64,000 nucleotides of DNA from Mobula hypostoma (taxonomy: Eukaryota). The translations under genes were made by a program, and so were the position numbers. The stretch covers positions 87,980,001 to 88,044,000 of the forward strand of contig NC_086097.1 of NCBI RefSeq assembly GCF_963921235.1, written 5' to 3'. Positions 1-12,070 of the stretch are shown here, piece by piece. Numbering within the stretch: position 1 is the stretch's first letter; the number at the start of each line of letters is the position of its first letter. The notes under the pieces are model-generated. The model was not told the origin of the DNA, did not search any database, and saw only the letters and a program-made list of their open reading frames with translations.

Positions 1-525
1 TGAACTCATCCCCCACGTCCCCACCCCTAGCACTTTTTCCTCTGCCACCCCTCCCACAGTGCTCCACCCTCACCATTCCCAACATCTTTGCTCTGCCAGA
101 TTTTAAAACTCACTGTCCGCTCCACGTTGGTAAGTACAGTACCATCTACCCTAGCTTATGTGCCTTCTGCATGATACCGTACATGAATCCCGTTCGTCAT
201 TTCTGAACCCACCGACTTTCACCATGTTTTCGCGAAAATTTGTACCTATTTTCAGACTTTCTCATCCTCCACTGAATCAAATATTTTCTTTTCTGCTTTG
301 GAACTTCTGAACAGGAGTTAACTGGACATTTGGCTTCTCTGTCCTTGTTCTTGTCCTACTTGCTTCCCCTCCCCTCACCTTGACAAATGCTTTGCTAATC
401 AACAAATTCCAGCCTTAGTGTGAGACTAACTTGCATATTAATAAACTTAAAAAAGGTCCTCTCATGTCCTTTCATCCCGCCACCTCTGCGCTCAGCAGGT
501 CTTTTGCCTTTTACAACATCGATAT

Positions 526-638
526 CATGATCCTACTTCTCCCCCTCTCATTTCCCAAATACCATTCCAATCTGGATGTACTTGCATCCAATTGAGAATG
601 GTATTTGGCGAATGACTGCGGGGAGAAGCAGGATCATG
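526..638. repeat. Imperfect palindrome / hairpin (~55-bp arms)
   Basis: CATGATCCTACTTCTCCC...CCAAATACCATTC-CAAT-C-TGGATG pairs with CATCCA-ATTG-A-GAATGGTATTTGG...GGGAGAAGCAGGATCATG. Confidence 0.85.
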
Positions 639-719
639 TTATGGCTTCAGTGTACCCATGTAAGGTAAAGGAACTTTAGGTGTTGAGGGAGGTGGTGAAT
701 TAATCAGGCGAAAAAAAAG

Positions 720-1000
720 GGAGTATGTAAGATTTAGAAAGCTAAAATCAAATTGAGCCCTTAAGGATTATAAAGAAACTAAATAACTCAAGAACAGAAT
801 TAGAAAATCCAGAAAGAGCCACGAGAAGTCCTCAGCAAGAAGGATTGAATAAAATCCCAAGTCATTCAGGATGTACAAGAGTAAGAGGATAAATATGGAG
901 CATGTAACACTACACAAGGATAAAGGAGGGAGCATGTGCTTAGAGGTGGAGCATGTGAGTACTTTGCAACAGTATTCACCAAAGAGAAGGACAAGGAGAA
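720..1000 (+). mobile_element. Decayed CR1 LINE internal fragment
   Basis: Degenerate CR1 ORF2 linker (A.RI..NPK.F..Y.KSKR-like), homologous to the CR1 at ~21.5-21.7 kb. Confidence 0.6.
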
Positions 1001-1039
1001 TAGGGGGATTAAAAGGGAGTTTTATAATTTGCTGTGGCA

Positions 1040-1535
1040 TTTCAAAACAAAGGAGGATATAGTGTTGGACTCCATCATTGGGGGCCCCATCACCTAGGAC
1101 ATGCTCCCTTCTTATTACTACCATCAGAGAGAAGGTACAGGAGCCTAAAGACACAACTCAACATTTTAGAAATAGCTTCTTTCCCTCGGCCTGGCTGGTG
1201 GTGCAGCGACATTAGTGCCGGACTTCGGGACGAAAGGTCCCGAGTTCGAATCCAGCCGGCTCCCCTGCACGCTTTCCATCCATATTGGGTTACGAGCTGG
1301 TGATCTCTTTGGAAACTCACCCGGCAGAAGGCAATGGCAAACCACTGCTGTATACATGGTTCCCCACTATGTCAGAGAGGCGTGGAGGGAAATCGTCTGC
1401 TAACCGGAGAAACTCTGGATGCGACGTACCTTTCCTTTCCTTCTTTCCCTCTACCATCAGATTTCTACCTCACTACTTTTGCTCTATTTTTGCATGACAT
1501 TTATTTTATTTAATCTTAATATATTTCTATTTCTT
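1040..1535 (+). mobile_element. Rex1/Babar-like LINE 3' fragment, interrupted by a SINE
   Basis: PHHLGHAPFLLLPSERRYRSLKT...FRNSFFP motif shared with copies at 3.4-3.6, 53.3 and 57.8 kb; resumes after 1451. Confidence 0.8.
1188..1439 (+). mobile_element. tRNA-derived SINE (tRNA-Pro-like head), full length
   Basis: A-box-like TGGTGCAGCG, B box GAGTTCGAATCC, GAAGGCAATGGCAAACCAC body motif, (CCTTT)n tail, 12-bp TSD CTTCTTTCCCTC at 1176-1187 and 1440-1451. Confidence 0.85.
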
Positions 1536-1539
1536 ATTA

Positions 1540-1745
1540 CCCCACACTGCTCAATTCTACCTCCTACCTAAGATCCACAAACCTGACTGTCCAGGTAGGC
1601 CCATTGTCTCTACCTGTTCCTGCCCTATTGAACTCATGTTCTCACACCTCGACTCCATTCTATACCACTTGGTTCTGTCCTTTCCCACCGACATCCATGA
1701 CACTTCTCATGCTATTGGTCTCAGTAGCTTTCAACTCCCTACCCT
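1540..1745 (+). mobile_element. Penelope-like element RT fragment
   Basis: Translates PHTAQFYLLPKIHKPDCPGRPIVSTCSCP (PLE/telomerase-type RT LPKIHK...RPIVS motif). Confidence 0.85.
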
Positions 1746-1759
1746 TTCATGGAAACGAG

Positions 1760-2320
1760 TTCAAAGGTCAAGACGGTTTGTTGCAGCGTAATTAAATTCT
1801 ATTTTAGCCGCATCTGAGCATTGCATTCAGCTCTAGCCACCCCGTTATTGGAAGGGTGTTAAGGTTTTGGAGAGGGTGCAGAAGATTGCTACCAGGATGC
1901 TGCCTGGATTAGAGGGCATGTGATATAAGCGATACTGAACAAACATGAGTTGTTTTCCTAGGAGCTGTAGAGGATAAGGGGAGATCTGATAGATGTTTAT
2001 AAGGCATTGATAGACAGGTGGTATTTTTATCCCAGGGCCAAAATGTCAAATATCAGAGATCATACATTTAAAGTGAGAGAGGGTAATTTCAAAGGAGATG
2101 TGGGGGCAACTTTTTTTTCCAGAGAGAGTGGTGAGAGTCTGGAATGGTGGCACATGATAGGCACACGAGTGTGCAGGAAATAGAAGGACATGGACATTAT
2201 GTTGGCTGAAGGGATTAGTTTATTTGGGCATTTGATTACTAATTTATTTGTTTCTGCACAACATTATGGGCTGGAGGGCATGTCCCTGTGCTGAACTATG
2301 ATGGTATTCTATGTTCTAAA
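1760..2320 (+). mobile_element. CR1 LINE 3' fragment
   Basis: LERVQ.....MLPGLEG, RGDLI.VYK and 3' UTR ending (TTCTATG)-type repeats. Confidence 0.85.
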
Positions 2321-2469
2321 TGGAAATGCCATTGTCCTCTGGTGGTTTCCAATATTTGTAGCAGGCTTTGTTCACCTTCTCCAGACCAGGCCTGGACTTG
2401 CAATCTGGGATAACAGATTTCTCCTATCTAATATACTGTAATAAACACAGACAATGCTGGTAATACTCA

Positions 2470-3760
2470 GTGTTATCTACAGCAATGAAATGCCTGAGAG
2501 GTTAGTCATGGCTAGAATCAGCTCCTGCCCCAGCAAGGACCTGGACCTGCTGCAATTTGCTTATCGCCACAATAGGGTTTATGACAGATGCAACGTCAAT
2601 GGCTCTTCACATGGCCTTAGATCACCTGGACAATACAAACACCGATGTCAGGATGCTGTTCATTGACTATAGTTCAGCACTTAATGCCATCATTCCTATA
2701 GTCCTGATAAAGAAGCTACAGAACCTGGGAATCTGTACCTCCGTCTGCGACCACAATTTGTACAGTTTGGTAATAATTTCTCCTCCTCGTTGACGATCAA
2801 CACTGGCTCACCTCAGGGATGTGTGCTTAGCCCACTGCGTTACTCTATCTACACTCGTGACTGTGTGTCTAGGCACAGCTCAATTGCCATCTATAAATTT
2901 GCTGATGATTCAACCATTGTTGCTAGAATCTCAGATGGAGATGGGAGGGGGTATCGGAGCGAGATATACCAACTGGTTGAGTGGTGTCACAACAACAACC
3001 TTGCACTGTATGTCAGTAAGACCAGAGCTGATTGTGGACTTCAGGAAGGGTAAGATGAGGGGACACAAACCAATCCTCACAGAGGGATCAGAAGTGGAGA
3101 GACTGAGCAATTTCAAGTTCTTAGGTGTCAAGATCTCTGAGGACCTAACCCAGTCCCAACATATCGATGCAACTATAAAGAAGGCAAGACAGAGGCTATA
3201 TTTCATTAGGAGTTTGAGGAGATTTGGATCGTCATCTAAAACACTCAGATTCTTCTATAGTTGTACTGTGGGGAGCATTCTGACAGGCTGCATCACCATC
3301 TGGTATGGGGGTGGGTGACACTGCACAGGACCAAAAGAAGCTACAGAAAGTTGTAAAATTAGTCAGCTCCATCTTGGATACAGGCCTACAAAGTACCCCA
3401 GACATCTTCAAGGAGCGGAGCCTCAGAAAGGTGCCGTCCATTATTAAGGGCCCCCATCGCTCAGGACATGCCCCTTTCTCATTGTTACCATCAGGTAGGA
3501 GGTACAGAAGCCAGAAGGCACACACTCAGCTTCTTCCCCTCTGCCATCTGATTCCTAAATGGACATTGAACGCATGAACACTACCTCACTTCTTCTTACT
3601 ATATTATTTCTGTTTTGCATTATTTTTGGTCGATTTAATATACATATACATATATACTTTCTGTAAATGATTTACTTCTATATGTATTGCATTGATCTGC
3701 TGCCCTGCTAAGTTAACAAATTTCATGACACATGCCGGTGATAATAAACCTGATTCTGAA
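2470..3760 (+). mobile_element. Rex1/Babar-like LINE, 5'-truncated RT pseudogene
   Basis: [53 protein letters not shown]; frameshifted; 3' end AATAAACCTGATTCTGA. Confidence 0.92.
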
Positions 3761-3789
3761 TTCTGACAGAAAGGGACTGAACTGACCCA

Positions 3790-4035
3790 AGAGGGAGAGA
3801 CTACGGAGCATCCACATCAGGGCCACCAGACTCGAAAGCAGTAACTTTCCCCAAGCAGTAAGGTTGATCAACACCTCCACCCACTAATCCGCCACTACTT
3901 TACCATTTCCTGTCAGTCACCTCATGTACAGGCACTCCTGTGCCTGACATCATTTCATCGACATACATTCAATCTATGATTATGAGCTATCTTATGTATT
4001 TATATTTGGTATGTTTTTAATTATTGTGTACTTCA
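3790..4035 (+). mobile_element. Rex1-like LINE 3' end (second subfamily)
   Basis: GRRLRSI...TRL..S.FPQAVRLIN C-terminal motif plus 3' UTR. Confidence 0.65.
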
Positions 4036-4039
4036 TTGA

Positions 4040-4220
4040 CCTCCATCATCACAAATGCACCTTCTGCAGGAGTTACAAAGACTGTTCTTTTAATTGTTTC
4101 CTTCCCACCAGCAAAACGGTCCGGGTGAAGTGATAATATTCCTTCCAACTTAGTGTACTGCATTCAATACGATCTCCCCTTGGAAAAAACAATCACGTGT
4201 CGATTAAATGAGCACTTGGT
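4040..4220 (+). mobile_element. Highly decayed Penelope-like GIY-YIG region
   Basis: Remnant SNLVYCI...RL.EH pattern. Confidence 0.4.
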
Positions 4221-4224
4221 AGCA

Positions 4225-4800
4225 TCGAGTCGTAGAACACTACAGCACAGAACCATGCCCTTTGGCCCACTGAATCTATTATTCTTCCTAGACCCATCAT
4301 CTGCACCTGGACTATAGTCCTCCTTATCCTCTCATCAACATATTTATCCAAATTTCTCTTATATGTTGAAATTGAACCCACATCCACTACTTTTGCTGGC
4401 AGTTCGTTCCACACTCTCACCACCATCTGAGTGAAGAATATCCTCCTCACTGTCCCTTTAAACATTTCCCTTTTCACCATGACCTAGTCTCACCCAGCCT
4501 CAGTGGAAATAGCCTGCTTATACTTACCTTATTAATATTCCTCATAATTGTCTACACCTCTGTAAAATCTCCCCGTATTCACTATGCTTCAGTGAATAAA
4601 AGTTCTAATCTATTCAACCTTCCTTATAATGCAGGTCCTCAAGTCCCGGAAAAATTCTTATAAATTTTCTGTCAGACTCTTTCAATCCTATTGATACCTT
4701 TTCCTGTAGATAGTTGACCAGAATTGCATACAATCCTCTAATTTAGACCTCATCAGCATCTTATACAACTTCAACATAACATCCAACTCCTGTGCTTTTT
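4225..4800 (-). mobile_element. CR1 LINE 3' fragment
   Basis: ORF 4193-4480 FKG.VR..FFTQ.VVRVWNELP. Confidence 0.88.
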
Positions 4801-5128
4801 CAGCACTGCTTTACAACTGGTAACCAGCTGGAACCGTGAGATCGGTGATATGGGTTATTCACAGGAAACCGTCAACATTGATATGAGCCAAAGTAGGTCA
4901 GTCTTCCAATATACCACCTGCTTTTCTGCAAGGAGTTAATGGATTAATTTCCTTTGCTGAAGGCACCTATTGGTGCTGAGGCTGAGTGTCATGGCTAACA
5001 ATATTCTAGTGGTACTTTCTGGTGGTACGTCCTTCAGGTGTACAGTAGACAGTAAAAGCCAATAGCAGATAACTTGATCAGTAGAGATGTCACAGCTGGG
5101 CTTGATTGATAATATTCTCAGCATCTCT

Positions 5129-5316
<188 letters not shown>

Positions 5317-5495
5317 GTTTCTTAGATTCCAGGAAAGTCTATTTCATATTGAAACTTTACACTTTGTAGCTACTTTTATCTCAAAACAATGCCACTTAAT
5401 CTTTAGTTTAAATCATGGTCTATTTTAAGATCCTCCAGTTCTTCAAAACTCAAGGCTGTTTTGGTAGTCTTTAAAGAACCGTAAAAGAAGTCAGA

Positions 5496-5514
5496 CAGCA
5501 CCCTCCAGTGGCCA
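5496..5514 (-). promoter_or_regulatory. Possible CTCF site
   Basis: TGGCCACTGGAGGGTGCTG, two mismatches to the CCACYAGRGGGCRC core; motif match only. Confidence 0.25.
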
Positions 5515-5759
5515 AAGTACATCAGTACAGCAACCATTTTCTAAGAGGATTTTGTGGCTGTGACCTGTTCTTGAACATAACAGATAGCTTGACTCTGCAC
5601 CTGTGATAATATAAGAAGTTCAGGTAAAGGAATTACATATGAATCATTAATCTTTTCCCAATTTTGGTTGTATACATTGAGCTGATGCTTTTCAACAACT
5701 AAAAACTGCTGAGTTTATCTTTTGTAACGATCTGTGTAAGGTTAATTGACACTTGAGTT

Positions 5760-6065
5760 AGTCTGTTCCTCCATTGGCCATGTGGAAATTGTTACACCTG
5801 GAGAATTCACCTGGCTCATCCTGGCACATATCAGCATGCTGTTGGTAATTGACCTTTCTGCCCTGTGATAAATGATAGGATGTACCTGGCTGGGTAAATG
5901 GGCAAGTGGTACATTCCTTTCATTGCTGCCACAGGCTTCTGTGTGCTTCCAATATGTATCTGGAATGAGCTGGTTGCATTTCTTCAAGGATGCTTTGAAC
6001 ATATCCTTGAATCATTTCCTCTGTCTGTCTGTTAATCTCTTCTGGTAGTGAAACTCTGAATATCA
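5760..6065 (-). mobile_element. RTE-clade LINE 3' fragment (decayed)
   Basis: YSEFHYQKRLTDRQRK*FKDMFKASLKKC matches the RTE C-terminal LYSEL..GKR..GGQRKRFKD.LKASLK pattern. Confidence 0.75.
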
Positions 6066-6717
6066 ATGTTATGCTTCTGGCTCTTATCTCAGGTTTTCCA
6101 TTCTGTCCTCACCGTGAAAAGTCACTTGAGTTCCATGTTTCTCCTACAGTGGGAACAAGCTGACTGCTTATTCCCCAGATCCCTGCCGATCTCTGTGATC
6201 CTCTCAATTTTCTATTCTTCTTAAGAATGCTGTTTAACAAAAATCCAGCAGCCTTAGATTTAACATTAACACTAACCCAGTGCTTTACAGAAGGATTCTA
6301 AAATTCCACCTTTGGTTTTTTTGACCCAGGGTCTTTGCTGACTTCAATCATCTAAAGCATAACTCCAACTTTTAGCCTTTTCACCACAGTCCTAGATTCC
6401 TCAAAGGCACAAATAGTTTCTATCTATCTATCTATTTTATTGTCATCATTATTGACACTAGTTTTATTTACTGTACCGATCTTTAAAATTACATAAATTT
6501 AATTTGTTTAGCTGCCATTTTGGGATTTAAACTTCTGTCCGTAATCAAATGTCCAGGCCTCTAGATACAAGATTCTACTGCACCTCTACTATGGCCATTT
6601 TATGCCACTGCTGATCCCGAATGTTCAAAGCATGTGTGAGCTCTCAGATTCCTAAGAGACTACCAATTGAAGCCAACACCATATACAGATCAGTTCTTCC
6701 CTTAAACCTGGAGAGCA

Positions 6718-7030
6718 ACAGCCCCTTTCATCACTGTCCCAGATCTGGCTAGGGTCAGGTCCTCACCTCACTAGTCCAGAACAGGCTAAGTACAGCTCCT
6801 TCCACTACTGATACAGGTCAGTCTAGGAAATGCCACCTCTAATACGGACTTAGGTTTGGCCATGGTTGGCTTCTTCCATCACTGTCCATGCTTGAATATA
6901 GCTGCCTCTTCCGATATCCGGCCAGGTACTACCCCATTCGTCACTAGCACAGGTTAGACAGGGTACTTTTCCATCACTGGCTCAGATTGGACACAGACAG
7001 CTCTTTCCATCACTGGCATAAATTAGACTA
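6718..7030. repeat. Degenerate ~37-bp minisatellite (~8-9 units)
   Basis: Recurring CAGCYCCTTCCATCACTG...CAGGTTAG-like unit at ~37-bp spacing. Confidence 0.7.
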
Positions 7031-9509
7031 TCAAATTCAAAGCAGTAATTGGCCAAGATGTAAATCCTGTATCAAAAATTGTTTTCTTATCCAGCAAAAG
7101 AATGCTGCTCTTTCAGTATTCTTAGTTTAATGTGCAAAATGATATTGGGATATAGTTCCAGATTAAAGCTGTAACATTAAAGCAAATTATTGTCATTCAT
7201 TCTGTGCTGAGTTTTTGATAAAGATGGGAAATTGCTTCATATTGCACAGACCAATCAATTTAAAATCCCATAGAAGTTCAAGATAAAGGTTAATTGCTGA
7301 GAAATGTCAGAGGTTGGTGGAGCATTGCTTCACTTGTCAGTTGGACGATAAAGAGTCTTTCAGCTGCAAGTGAAAGACATCGCAGTGTGCAAGAGATAGG
7401 TATTGTATTCACTCTTGCTGGCTGGAGGTGGCAGTGTTGTTAAAGAAGTTCACTAATATCTGACATTGGAAGAAGTTTTTGCAAGAAAGTAGGATCAGAA
7501 CTCTGCTACCTAGCCCCTTAAGCCTGAGCCCCATTCAGCTGGTAGTTCTGTCCCAAGTTTGAACTCCTCTGTGCCAGCTCAGAATTCTACTTCGTCTTTA
7601 AATGCAGCCCATGATCCCACCTCTACAACCATCTGGGGTATAGAATTCTAAAAATTCACCACCATCTACAGGAAGATGTTCCTCAGAAGATTTAAATATC
7701 CGATTCTTACTTTGTAACTGACTTCCCTTCATTGATAGTTGCCCACTCATGGGAACATCTCAACATCTACTCTGTCACTACCTCTTTCTACAACCACAGT
7801 CATGGCAATTGTGGAGAGTTGAAATGCCAAAATCACCAGTAAGTTTACCGCATTAGGGAGATACTGGAAATCTGAATTCAAATCAGAAAGCTGGAAATTC
7901 TGAGCAAGTTGGGCAATGTTTTTACAGAAAGAAACAAATTTAATGAATCCAATGTTTATGGAAAAACAAGATTCACATTTCCTGCCTAAAAGCTAAGAAT
8001 GTAGGAACTATCGTCAGGACCTTATTGTCATTTATTGTTCCCTATTTCCCATGTGGTTAAGTGCTAGATCATCCCAGATGGATGCCCAAAACCCAGCAGG
8101 CCATGGGGAGATGTTCTGACATCTGGGATACATTGCTGGTTGCTGAGGGATTTCTAGAGATGGGGAGGGTGGGTAACTGTGGAAAGGCAGTGAGAATGGA
8201 AGATGAGAGATGAAAATGGATTTTGTACATTAAGGAAGTAAAGCACTGAAGTGAGTGCAGGAATGTGGAGCTGAGATTGAAGATCAGCCACGATCATTTT
8301 GAATGGTCGAGCAGATATGAGAGGCTGCACAGTTTACTTCTGTTTCTATGCCTTATCCTGTTGCGATCTAGCTTATGGGGTAGAGAGAGTAAACCAGGAG
8401 TAATCATTTTGAGTGAGTGGGAATATGGTAGCTTACTGGCCAGCGAAGACGATTAGCTTGAAGGATTTGGTGCAAACACTGCTGCTACTCCTGGTCTGTA
8501 GGAAATGTGGGTAAAGCACTTGAAGGATCTGGTCAATTCTAGCTCTCCTTAGCTGTAGGGTTCCTCAGGCCTTTGATGCCTATCCCTGAATAATGTGTGT
8601 TTCATTTTCTTTAAGTACACATGCAAAAAAAAACCCAAATCTTAAATGACCCTCATTAGAGACATAGAAATAAATAGTCAAACTCAAAATATAGTGGAAC
8701 ATGATCTTATAGTTTACTGTCATTGCATGAATGAAGTCAGTGGAGAACAGTACTGCTAGATATGAAGCAGCCTCTTTATTCAACAAAATAAGATACAGCA
8801 GGCATCATATCGGAACCCTTTCTGGAAAAGGTCTGCCTGGATTAATGCTACACGGCATTTTATGTGCTAAACATCAAAGGACGAGCTCATATGCTTTCTT
8901 TGAATTGTAAACTTCACACATCCCGATTTGCACCCACATTACAGACATCTAAATGAATTTTAATCAGCACTATCTGGTCTGCAATTCAAAGCTTTTAGGA
9001 ACCCATTGTTCAGAGAAGTATTTAAAATTTAATCTACACTCCATATTCAGATCTGAAGATCGTTGCTGAAGTTATTTGCAATATGTGCGAAATCACAAAA
9101 ATCACTCCAACATTTACAGTGTTGGTACAGTAATTTCTTGATTTATTTATGTTTGTTTTATGAATTACCACCATTCACCCATTGATTTACAAATTATTTT
9201 CCTACAACAAATAACATATCACTTTCTGCCTGGATAGTGCACTGTACTGAAGTACCCACAATACATTTTTCCCAAACTTTTAGATTTACAGAATTTCAAT
9301 TTACTGTTTTCCAGCAATGTATCCTATTTATAAACTGAGGAATGAGTGGATACACTGGTCATGTTTTTGCAGAAAGCAACAGCTTACAGATAAGTAATTC
9401 CAACCCCTGCCAAGTCGAGGTTCATGACTTTTCATGGAGTGCTGATTGATCTTATTTTGATCATTTTTCTTCTTTGAAAGGTTAATGTTAAAAATAGCCA
9501 CAGATTATT

Positions 9510-10697
9510 GACATAGACATAGAATAGTACAGCACATTACAGGCCCTTCAACCCACAATGTTGTGCCAACCCTCAAACCCTGCCTCCCATATAATCCCCC
9601 AACTTAAATTCCTCCATATACCTTTCTAGTAGCCTCTTAAACTTCACTAGTGTATCTGCCTCCACCACTGACTCAGGCAGTGCATTCCACACACCAACCA
9701 CTCTCTGAGTGAAAAACCTTCCTCTAATATCCCCCTTGAACTTCCCACCCCTTACCTTAAAGCCATGTCCTCTTGTATTGAGCAGTGGTGCCCTGGGGAA
9801 GAGGCGCTGGCTATCCACTCTATCTATTCCTCTTAATATCTTGTACACCTCTATCATGTCTCCTCTCATCCTCCTTCTCTCCAAAGCGTAAAGCCCTAGC
9901 TCCCTTAATCTCTGATCATAATCCATACTCTCTAAACCAGGCAGCATCCTGGTAAATCTCCTCTGTACCCTTTCCGATGCTTCCACATCCTTCCTATAGT
10001 GAGGTGACCAGAACTGGACACAGTACTCCAAGTGTGGCCTAACCAGAGTTTTATAGAACTGCATCATTACATCACGACTCTTAAACTCTATCCCTCGACT
10101 TTTGAAAGTTAACACCCCATAAGCTTTCTTAACTACCCTATCCACCTGTGAGGCAACTTTCGGGGATCTGTGGACATGTACCCCCAGATCCCTCTGCTCC
10201 TCCACACCACTAAGTATCCTGCCATTTACTTTGTACTCTGTCTTGGAGTTCGTCCTTCCAAAGTGTACCACCTCACACTTGTCCGGGTTGAACTCCATCT
10301 GCCACTTCTCAGCCCACTTCTGCATCCTGTCAATGTCTCTCTGCAATTTTTGACAATCCTCTACACTATCTACAACACCACCAATCTTTGTGTCATCTGT
10401 AAACTTGCCTTCTACCCCAACATCCAGGTCGTTAATAAAAATCACGAAAAGTAGAGGTCCCAGAACTGATCCTTGTGGGACACCACTAGTCACAACCCTC
10501 CAATCTGAATGTACTCCCTCCACCATGACCCTCTGCCTTCTGCAGGCAAACCAATTCTGAATCCACCTGCCAAACTTCCCTGGATCTCATGCCTTCTGAC
10601 TTTCTGAATAAGCCTACCGCGTGGAACCTTGTCAAATGCCTTACTATAATCCATGTAGATCACATCCACTGCACTACCCTCATTATTTGCCAAACGT
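9510..10697 (-). mobile_element. Young 5'-truncated CR1 LINE (RT C-terminal half open for 317 aa)
   Basis: ORF 9573-10526 GVPQGSVLGPLLF, KFTDDTK, YKTLVRPHLEYCVQFWSP; upstream MDYSKAFDKV; (TCTATG) tail. Confidence 0.95.
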
Positions 10698-10709
10698 GTG
10701 AGATATCTG

Positions 10710-11450
10710 CACTCAGTGGTCATTTTATTAGGTATACCTGTACACCTCAAACAAGAGAAAATCTGCAGATGCTGGAAATCCAAACAACACACACAAAATG
10801 CTGGAGGAACTCAGCAGGCTAAGCAGCATCCATGGAAAAGAGTACAGTCGATGTCTCAGCCTGAAATGTTGTCTATACTCTTTTCTATAGATACTGCCTG
10901 GCCTGCTGAGTTCCTCCATCATTTTGCATGTGCTTTACCCCTGCTTTTTAATGCAAATATCTAATCAACCAATCATGAGGCAACAACTCAATACATAAAA
11001 GCATGCAGACATGGTCAAGAGGTTCAGTTGTTGTTCAGACCAAACATCAGAGCGGGAGGGACCATGAAATGATTGTTGCTGCCAGACAGGGCAATTTGAG
11101 TACCTGTGAATCTGCTGATCTCCTGAGATTTTTATGCACAACAGCCTCTTGAGTTTACAGAGAATTGTGTGAGAAACAGCAAAGCATCCAATGAGTGGCA
11201 GTTCTGTTGGTAAAAACACCCTGTTAATGACAGCGTCAGAGGAGAATGGCCAGACTGGCTCAAGCTGACCGGAAGCTGACAGTACTCAAATAACTATGTG
11301 TTTCAACAGTGATGTCGAGAAGAGCATCTCTGAATGTACAACGCATCAACTCTTGGAGTGGATGGGCTACCGAAGCAGAAGACTACAAGCATGCACTCAA
11401 TAGCCACTTTATTAGTTACAGGAGGTACAGAATAAAGTGGCCACTGAGTG
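10710..11450 (+). mobile_element. Non-autonomous Tc1-family DNA transposon
   Basis: TIRs CACTCAGTGGTCATTTTATT / AATAAAGTGGCCACTGAGTG; internal N-terminal transposase remnant (RMARLAQADRK.TV.QIT). Confidence 0.8.
10748..10935. mobile_element. Short fold-back Penelope pLTR derivative
   Basis: Arms ~10790-10853 and ~10866-10933 are reverse complements; TSD TACACCT (10741-10747) / TACCCCT (10936-10942). Confidence 0.85.
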
Positions 11451-11509
11451 TGATCTAAGAACTTCATTGTAAAAGTCAATGTTTTTCATGATGTGTAATT
11501 TTATCGAAG

Positions 11510-12070
11510 TTCAAAGTAAATTTATTATCAAAGTACATATATGTCACCATATGCAATCCTGACATTTATTTTCCTGCAGGTGTTCACAGTAGATACAAAG
11601 AAACACAATAGAATCAATTAAAAAGCACATGCAACAAAGGGGGACAACCAACCAATGCGCAAATGACAACAAACTGTTCAAACGCAATAAAAATGAGTAA
11701 TAAATATCAAGAACATGAGTTGTAGAGTCCTTGAAACTGAGTCCATTGGTTGTGGGAACAGTTCAATGTTGGGATGATTGAAGTTGAGTGAAGTTATCCT
11801 CTCTGGTTCAAGAGCCTGATGGTTGAGGGGTAATAACTCTTCTTGAACCTGGTGGTATGGAACCTAAAGCTTCTGTACCTCCTCCCTGATGGCAGCAGCA
11901 AGATGAGAACACAGCCTGGATGACGGGGGTCCTAGATAATGGATGCTGCTTTCCTGCAACAGCGCTCCTTGTAGATGTGCTCAATGGTGTGAAGGGCTTT
12001 GTCAGTGATAGAGTTTGCCATATCAACTACTTTTTATAGGCTTTTCCATTCAAGGGCATTGGTGTTTGAC
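11510..12070 (-). mobile_element. Rex1-like LINE 3' fragment
   Basis: CRKAASII.DP.HP, LLPSGRRYRS on the minus strand; (TTGAACT) tail. Confidence 0.8.

Noticed and set aside
1188..1262. Possible tRNA gene
   Set aside because: Non-canonical D and anticodon arms; continues into a SINE body with tail and TSD
6718..7030. CRISPR-like periodicity
   Set aside because: Whole units are mutually similar, no unique spacers, no cas genes, eukaryotic context
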